The position numbers and the translations under genes were made by a program. 64,000 nucleotides of DNA from an uncultured Desulfatibacillum sp. (GTDB lineage Bacteria > Desulfobacterota > Desulfobacteria > Desulfobacterales > SpSt-501), in assembly GCA_964573635.1 (NCBI GenBank), contig CAZNKG010000004.1, positions 1,352 to 65,351 of the forward strand, written 5' to 3'. The notes under the pieces are model-generated. The model was not told the DNA's origin. It saw nothing but the letters and a program-made list of their open reading frames with translations, and did no database searches. Below, piece after piece: positions 58,752 through 64,000 of the stretch. Position 1 is the first letter of the stretch; each line of letters begins with the position of its first letter.

Positions 58752-61244
58752 TCAAGTGAGGCTCGCCCGCCGCAGCCGCTCGTGGATCTCGAGGCGCTCG
58801 AGCGACAGGCGGATCACCTCGCGCGCGCGGTCGGTGCGGCGCCCGTAGTCCTGGAAGAAGGCGCGCACCTCGTCGCCGCGCCCGAGGCCGCAGGCGGGCA
58901 CGATGGCCGCGACGACCCGCTCGTAGAGCATCGGGTGGAACTGCTCGATCTCGGCGACCCGCGCCGCATACCACTCCCAGAGCAGCGCCTGGGCGTGGGG
59001 GTTCGACGCCATGGCCACCAGCGGCATGAACTGGTTGCGGGCCGGCACGGCCGCCAGCACGAAGTCGAGCGCGCGGGCGATCTCCGGCGGGCTGCGGAAC
59101 ATGCCCATGGCGGCGAGGATGATCAAGCGCTCGTGCTCGCTCACGGACTCGCGGAAGCGGCGCTCGAGCCAGGCGAAGGCCTCGGCTCCGCCGCACCAGG
59201 CGGCGGCCTGCAGCACGGCGCGCAGGATGTCGGCGGGAACGGCGGCCCCGCGCCGGAGCCCCTCGAACTGCTTGAGCAGGAAGTTCTCGGCCGTCACGAC
59301 GCCGTATTGCAGCGCATCGGCGAGCAGCTGCTCCCGCAGGATGGCGGCGGTCTGCGGCTCCCCCGGCCGCGGCGCGAAGCCGATCCGGCCGAGCACCCCC
59401 TCGAACCACGGCCCGGCGAGCGCGGCGATCGCCCGGCGCCGCTGCGGGGCGACCACGAGGTGGGCGTGGCCCAGGTGCTGGGCGATGCTGGTGAGCGGCA
59501 GGTAGGCGTCCTCGGACTGGTAGAACTTGAGGAAGTCGAGGTACTCCTCGAGGGCGACCGCACCGCTTAAGACCCGGGCGTAGAGGTCGTCCTGCAGGCC
59601 CCAGCGGTCCTCGGGGGGCAGGGTTTTCTCCCGCACCAGGCGCCCGAGCGCCGCCAGATCGGCCGGGTCGGCGTAGGCGACGCGGTAGAAGCCGGTCTGC
59701 CCGGCGTTCAGCTTGCAGGCGACCGGCTCCCCGTCCACCGGAACGCGCATCTGCCGGCCCTCGAAAACCACGCTCAGGCGCCGGAGCCGGCCGGCGCCGT
59801 CATAGAGCGCGAGATTGATCGGGATCAGCCAGTGCTGGTCGGCGTCGCTCTCGAGGTAGGAGAAGCGCCGCTGGGAGAGGACGAGCGCGCCCGGCTCGCG
59901 GCGCACGGTGACCAGCGGAAACCCCGGCTGCCCGATCCAGCTCTGCATCAGCGCGACCACCGGCTTCTCCGAGACGGCCTCGAAGGCCTCCCAGAGGTGC
60001 CGGCTCTCGGCGCAGCCGTAGGCGTGGGCCCCGAGGTAGCGCCGGAGCCCCGCCTGGAAATTCTCCGCTCCGATGTAGCCCTCGACCTGCCGCAGGATGC
60101 TCGCCCCCTTGCTGTAGATGATCGGGGCGGTGCTCGTGTTGATCACGAGGTGCTCGCCGCCGGGGATCTCGATCGCCACGTTCTCCTTCAGCCCGTCGCG
60201 GGCCATGGCGGCCGCCGCGGTGCCCGCCAGAAACTGCGGCCAGATCTCCCACTCGGGGTGGTGGTGGGCGACGACCCCGTAGCCGAAATAGGTGGCGAAG
60301 CTCTCGTTCAGCCAGAGGTACTTCCAGTCGGCGGGGGTGACGAGGTTGCCGAACCACTGGTGGGCGATCTCGTGGGCGATCACCTCGCAGATGCGCTCCT
60401 CCCCGGCCTTCGAGGTCGTCTCCGGGTGGTGCAGGAGCAGGTTCTCCCGGAAGGTGATCGCGCCCCAGTTCTCCATGGCGCCGAAAGCGAAGTCCGGGAT
60501 GGCGATCAGGTCCATCTTCGCGAGCGGGTAGGGGATGCCGAAATAGGCCTCGCTGTGCTGCAGGGCGATGCGGCCGAACTCCAGGCCGAAGCCGGCGTGC
60601 TTCTGCTGGCCGGGCAGGGTGAGCGCGCGCACCCGCGGGTCGAGCGGGTCCTGCAGCACCTCGAACTCGCCCACGCCGAAGAAGACGAGGTAGGTCGACA
60701 TGACCGGGGTGCGCTCGAAGATGACCCGCTTGCGGCCGTTTTCGAGGAGCTCCTGGGCCCGGATCGCGGTGTTGGAGACGGCGGTCAGGCGGCGGTCGAC
60801 TTCGAGCTCGATCTCGAAGGCGGCTTTCCGCCCCGGGTGGTCCATGCAGGGGAAGGCCCGCCGGGCGTCGCTCTCCTGGAACTGGGTGACGGCGATCACG
60901 TGCGCCTCGCCGCCGTGGGTGGAGCGGCTGCGGTAGAAGCCGGCCATGCGGTCGTTGATGCGACCGGTATAGTCGACGGCGACGACGAGCTGCCCGGAAG
61001 CGGGCTGCGGCAGCAGGACGGCGAGCTCCTCCCGGGCGGGGTCCACGCGGAAGCGGCAGGGGACGGCCGGGGCCGTCCCGGCGAGGAGGCGGCAGCCCCA
61101 CACGGCGAGGTCGACCGCGTTCAGCACGATCTCGGCTGCGGGCTGCGCGGCGCAGAGGTGGATTTCGACCCGGCCTTCGAAGGTGAACCGCTCGAGGTCC
61201 GGGGTCAGGCGGAGGCGGTAGAGCATCGGTGCGATATCGGTCAT
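58752..61244 (-). CDS. pepN: M1-family aminopeptidase (aminopeptidase N-like)
   Basis: It has the GAMEN motif (FGAMENWG), HEIAHQWFGN and WLNESFATY. Confidence 0.9.
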   Translation of the reverse strand: MTDIAPMLYRLRLTPDLERFTFEGRVEIHLCAAQPAAEIVLNAVDLAVWGCRLLAGTAPAVPCRFRVDPAREELAVLLPQPASGQLVVAVDYTGRINDRMAGFYRSRSTHGGEAHVIAVTQFQESDARRAFPCMDHPGRKAAFEIELEVDRRLTAVSNTAIRAQELLENGRKRVIFERTPVMSTYLVFFGVGEFEVLQDPLDPRVRALTLPGQQKHAGFGLEFGRIALQHSEAYFGIPYPLAKMDLIAIPDFAFGAMENWGAITFRENLLLHHPETTSKAGEERICEVIAHEIAHQWFGNLVTPADWKYLWLNESFATYFGYGVVAHHHPEWEIWPQFLAGTAAAAMARDGLKENVAIEIPGGEHLVINTSTAPIIYSKGASILRQVEGYIGAENFQAGLRRYLGAHAYGCAESRHLWEAFEAVSEKPVVALMQSWIGQPGFPLVTVRREPGALVLSQRRFSYLESDADQHWLIPINLALYDGAGRLRRLSVVFEGRQMRVPVDGEPVACKLNAGQTGFYRVAYADPADLAALGRLVREKTLPPEDRWGLQDDLYARVLSGAVALEEYLDFLKFYQSEDAYLPLTSIAQHLGHAHLVVAPQRRRAIAALAGPWFEGVLGRIGFAPRPGEPQTAAILREQLLADALQYGVVTAENFLLKQFEGLRRGAAVPADILRAVLQAAAWCGGAEAFAWLERRFRESVSEHERLIILAAMGMFRSPPEIARALDFVLAAVPARNQFMPLVAMASNPHAQALLWEWYAARVAEIEQFHPMLYERVVAAIVPACGLGRGDEVRAFFQDYGRRTDRAREVIRLSLERLEIHERLRRASLT

Positions 61245-61405
61245 GGCGGCGATCCCGTCAGCTGCGGGGTGGCGGCGGCGGAAGGCTCGAGGGGTGCGGC
61301 GTGCTTTTTTTCGGGCGACATGCTATTCAGGGCTTATAGAAGAAAGGGCCCGCGGTTGTCAATTCGCGCCCCGCGGCCCGCCATCCCCGGAGGAGGACTT
61401 GCGAC

Positions 61406-61708
61406 ATGAGCGTGATCGTCGATTTTTCGCTGTTTCCGCTGGACAAGGGGGAGAGCTTGAGCGCCTACGTCGCCCGCTCGATCCGCATCATCCGCGACTC
61501 CGGCCTGCCTTACGACTTCCGCGCCATGGGCACGAGCATCGAGGGGGAGTGGGAGGAGGTCATGGCGGTCGTCACCCGCTGCTTCCAAGCCATGGCGGCC
61601 GACTGCGGGCGCGTGAGCCTCGCCCTCAAGGCCGACTACCGCAAGGGGCCCGGCGGGAGGCTGCAGGCCAAGATCGACTCGGTGATGGAGAAGCTGCCCG
61701 CCGCATGA
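61406..61708 (+). CDS. MTH1187/YkoF-like (DUF77, UPF0045) small ligand-binding protein
   Basis: The sequence VDFSLFPLDKGESLSAYVARSIRIIRDSGLPYDFRAMGTSIEGEWEEV matches the DUF77 pattern. It has an ATGA overlap with the next gene. Confidence 0.75.
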   Translation: MSVIVDFSLFPLDKGESLSAYVARSIRIIRDSGLPYDFRAMGTSIEGEWEEVMAVVTRCFQAMAADCGRVSLALKADYRKGPGGRLQAKIDSVMEKLPAA

Positions 61709-63618
61709 AACGCTACAGCGCCTGCACCTTCGATTGCCCCGACGCCTGCACCCTCATTCTCGAGCCGAAGGAGGGCGGCGGCCTGCGCCTCGTCGGCGAC
61801 CCCGCGAGCCCCTTCACGCGGGGGGTGATCTGCGCCAAGACGCGGCGCCACCTGCGCCGGCTCGCGAGCCCCGAGCGGATCCGGACGCCGCTCCGGCGAA
61901 CCGCCGCGGGCGCCTTTCAGCCCCTCGGCTGGGAGGCCGCCCTCGAGCTGTGCGCCGAAAAGATCCAGCGGCTGCGCGCCGACCCCACGGCGATCCTGCA
62001 CATCCACAGCGACGGAGCCAAGGGGATCCTCAAGGAGGCGGTCGCGCTCTTCTTCTCGCAGCTCGGAACGAGCCGGATCCGCGGCTCGCTCTGCGACGCC
62101 GCGGGCTTCATCGCCTCCGTCGAGGATTTCGGCTCGCGGGAGAACAACGACCTCGAGGACCTCGAGAACGCCCGGGCGATCGTCAACTGGGGCCGCGACC
62201 TGCGGCGCAGCTCCATCCACGCCGCGGCGGCCGTCCACCGCGCGCGCCGCCGCGGCGCCCGCGTCACGACCATCTCCCCGGGCGGCGACGTCGGCCGCCC
62301 CTACTCGGAGACGCTCATCCGCATCCGGCCGGGGACCGACCGCTTCCTCGCCGCGGCGCTGATCGGCCGGCTGCTGGCCGAGCGGCCGCCGGCCGCCGAG
62401 CGGCTCGCGCGCGCGCGTTCGGCAGAGGCCTTCTTCGAGCTGGTGTCGCGCCACGCGCCGGCCGAGCTGTTGGCCGCCTGCGAGGTCTCCGCCGAGGATG
62501 CCGCGCGGCTCTTCCGGACCTACACCGGCGAGGGCCCGGTCGCCACCCTGATCGGCGCCGGGCTCCAGCGCTACCGCTACGGCGGCGAGAACGTGCGCTT
62601 CATCGACGCGCTCGCCTTCCTCTGCGGCCACGTGGGGGTCCCCGGCGGGGGGGTTTATTTCCACCTGCACTCCTTCCGCAACTTCGACCTTGCCTTCACC
62701 AAGGGCCCCGGCCACAAGGGCCGCCGCGCCTTCCAGATCGCCGCGATCGGCCGCGAGATCGCCGCCGCCGACCCCCCGGTCGCGATGGTCTGGGTGAACG
62801 GGATCAACGTCGTCAACCAGGCCCCCGGCGCGCTCGAGACGGCGCGCGCCTTCGAGGCCGTGCCCTTCAAGGTGGTCGTGGACGCCTTCATGAACGACAC
62901 GGCCGCCCGGGCGGACCTCATCCTGCCCTGCACGCTGATGCTCGAGCAGGCGGACGTCATCGGCTCCTTCCAGCACGAGTACGTGCAGTACGCCGAGGCG
63001 CTCGTCCCGCCGCCGGAGGGGGCGCGCCCGGACTACTGGATCGTGAGCGAAATCGGCCGCCGGCTCGACCCGCCGGTCGACATGCCCGCGCCGGAGGCGT
63101 GCCTGCGGGCGGCGCTCGCCTCCCCGTGGCTCGACGTCTCGCTCGAGGAGCTCAAGCGGCGGCGCTTCGTGCGCTCGAAGCGCCCGGCGGTCGCCTATGC
63201 CGGGGGGCGCTTCGCCCACGAGGACGGCCGGGTCCGCTTCCCGGCGCAGCTCCACCCCGAGCCGCCGCCGCCCGCGGGCTTCCCGCTCAGGCTGCTCACG
63301 CTGGTCCGGCGGGGGGCCATCCACTCCCAGATCCTTCCCGAGGACCAGGGCGCCCCGCCGACGGCCTGGGTCGCCCCGGAGTGCCCGGCGCTTGGCCGCC
63401 TCGATCGCGCGCAGCCCGCGCGCCTGGTATCGCCGCACGGCGACCTCGCCGTCCGCGTGCGGACCATGCCCGGCCTGCACCCCGGGGCGGTGGTGGTGCG
63501 CCGCGGCGGATGGATGCGCCTGGGCGGCGGCGTCAACCGCCTCACGGCGGCCGGGCTGACCGATCTCGGCGGCGGGGCGCCCTTCTACGAGCAGTACGTG
63601 CGGCTGGAAAACGGGTGA
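61705..63618 (+). CDS. Cytoplasmic molybdopterin-dependent oxidoreductase (MopB superfamily), substrate unknown
   Basis: The N-terminal Fe-S motif is CTFDCPDAC...GVICAK. 637 aa, no signal peptide. The C-terminal beta-barrel-like region is LVSPHGDLAVRVRTMPGLHPGAVVV. Confidence 0.8.
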   Translation: MKRYSACTFDCPDACTLILEPKEGGGLRLVGDPASPFTRGVICAKTRRHLRRLASPERIRTPLRRTAAGAFQPLGWEAALELCAEKIQRLRADPTAILHIHSDGAKGILKEAVALFFSQLGTSRIRGSLCDAAGFIASVEDFGSRENNDLEDLENARAIVNWGRDLRRSSIHAAAAVHRARRRGARVTTISPGGDVGRPYSETLIRIRPGTDRFLAAALIGRLLAERPPAAERLARARSAEAFFELVSRHAPAELLAACEVSAEDAARLFRTYTGEGPVATLIGAGLQRYRYGGENVRFIDALAFLCGHVGVPGGGVYFHLHSFRNFDLAFTKGPGHKGRRAFQIAAIGREIAAADPPVAMVWVNGINVVNQAPGALETARAFEAVPFKVVVDAFMNDTAARADLILPCTLMLEQADVIGSFQHEYVQYAEALVPPPEGARPDYWIVSEIGRRLDPPVDMPAPEACLRAALASPWLDVSLEELKRRRFVRSKRPAVAYAGGRFAHEDGRVRFPAQLHPEPPPPAGFPLRLLTLVRRGAIHSQILPEDQGAPPTAWVAPECPALGRLDRAQPARLVSPHGDLAVRVRTMPGLHPGAVVVRRGGWMRLGGGVNRLTAAGLTDLGGGAPFYEQYVRLENG

Positions 63619-63619
63619 C

Positions 63620-64000
63620 ATGGCGGCCGCAGCCGAAGACGCCCGCGGCGCGCTTCTGGATCTTTGCCGGCGGTGGTCGGCCGAGGCCGGCGCCGTCCCC
63701 GACGAGGGGGGCCGCCGCCAGGACTATTTCCGGCGCGAGCTGCCGGGGCTGCTCGGCCGGCCGGAGATCTTCCGGGAGATCCTCTCCGGCCTGCGCCGGG
63801 GAAGCGGGTACCCCGACCTGCGCGCCGCCACGATGTTCGCAAACGAACTGCTGCTCTTCCAGGACCCCGGCCGGGCCTTTTCGCTGCGGATGTTCATCTT
63901 CGGTCCGGGGGAGCGCACGCCGGTGCACGACCACGGCGCCTGGGGCGTGCTCGGCTCGGCCTTCGGGACGCTCGAGGTCGTGCGCTACCGCCTCGAGCCG
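63620..64000 (+). CDS. Cupin protein, cysteine-dioxygenase type I-like; 5' part only (runs off the window)
   Basis: The ATG lies 1 nt after the MopB stop, and the frame is open to the window end. The motif FIFGPGERTPVHDHGAWGVLG resembles bacterial CDO-like cupins. Confidence 0.6.
   Translation, partial: MAAAAEDARGALLDLCRRWSAEAGAVPDEGGRRQDYFRRELPGLLGRPEIFREILSGLRRGSGYPDLRAATMFANELLLFQDPGRAFSLRMFIFGPGERTPVHDHGAWGVLGSAFGTLEVVRYRLEP

Noticed and set aside
61245-61405. Possible TPP or Moco riboswitch upstream of the DUF77/MopB gene pair
   Set aside because: I could not find the conserved cores I remember for either riboswitch class, for example the CUGAGA and ACCUGAUCUGGAUAAUGCCAGCG elements of TPP. 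A covariance-model search (Rfam/Infernal) would be needed to exclude them formally.
1-64000. CRISPR arrays, rRNA/tRNA genes, prophage or integron features
   Set aside because: I noticed no regularly spaced identical repeats of 25-40 bp, no tRNA-like cloverleaf candidates in the 100-280 nt intergenic gaps, and no integrase, transposase or phage structural genes. This is a by-eye assessment; tRNAscan-SE and CRISPR finders should confirm it.

Overview
This is a visibly GC-rich bacterial chromosomal window (roughly 65-70% GC by eye, not computed). It is densely coded, and I recognised no rRNA, tRNA, CRISPR array or intact mobile element. Most long ORFs in the six-frame track are Arg/Gly/Pro/Ala-rich off-frame artefacts. 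The plausible genes fall into three blocks.

(1) 0.2-3.9 kb: two secreted proteins. One is a papain/C39-like peptidase fused to repeat and IPT/TIG modules, and its reading frame is broken twice.

(2) 4-44 kb: a large phosphate-starvation block.
- phoU, then a C-P lyase operon (hexapeptide acetyltransferase, phnGHIJKLM, then an inositol-monophosphatase-family gene), with phnCDE converging on it.
- An ArsA/Get3-like ATPase.
- An uncharacterised operon: a small membrane protein, an HMA-like membrane protein, a P2-type ATPase and a divergent MetK paralogue.
- A second P-type ATPase with degenerate ion-site residues.
- A lipid-remodelling set: an OlsF-like aminolipid synthase, a PHP/half-glycosyltransferase fusion, PhoH2, a PAP2 phosphatase and a glycosyltransferase.
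- A PEP-utilising-family enzyme, pstC-pstA-pstS-pstB and phoBR.

(3) 44-64 kb: fdhD, a Tat-signal dienelactone hydrolase, and a roughly 12.7 kb single-strand operon that combines Alternative-Complex-III-like genes with a cbb3-type oxidase and its CcoI/CcoS maturation genes. An M1 aminopeptidase, a DUF77 protein, a molybdopterin oxidoreductase and a partial cupin gene follow.

The main finding is a recurring array of CT[ATC]A[CT] pentamers spaced exactly 11 bp apart, often followed 8-10 nt later by a -10-like hexamer. It lies upstream of pst, phoU, phoBR and phn, and also upstream of the uncharacterised ATPase operon, the lipid genes and two small zinc-ribbon genes. I interpret it as a lineage-specific Pho box that ties unknown-function genes to phosphate starvation. 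All family assignments come from motif recognition by eye and need HMM or BLAST confirmation.
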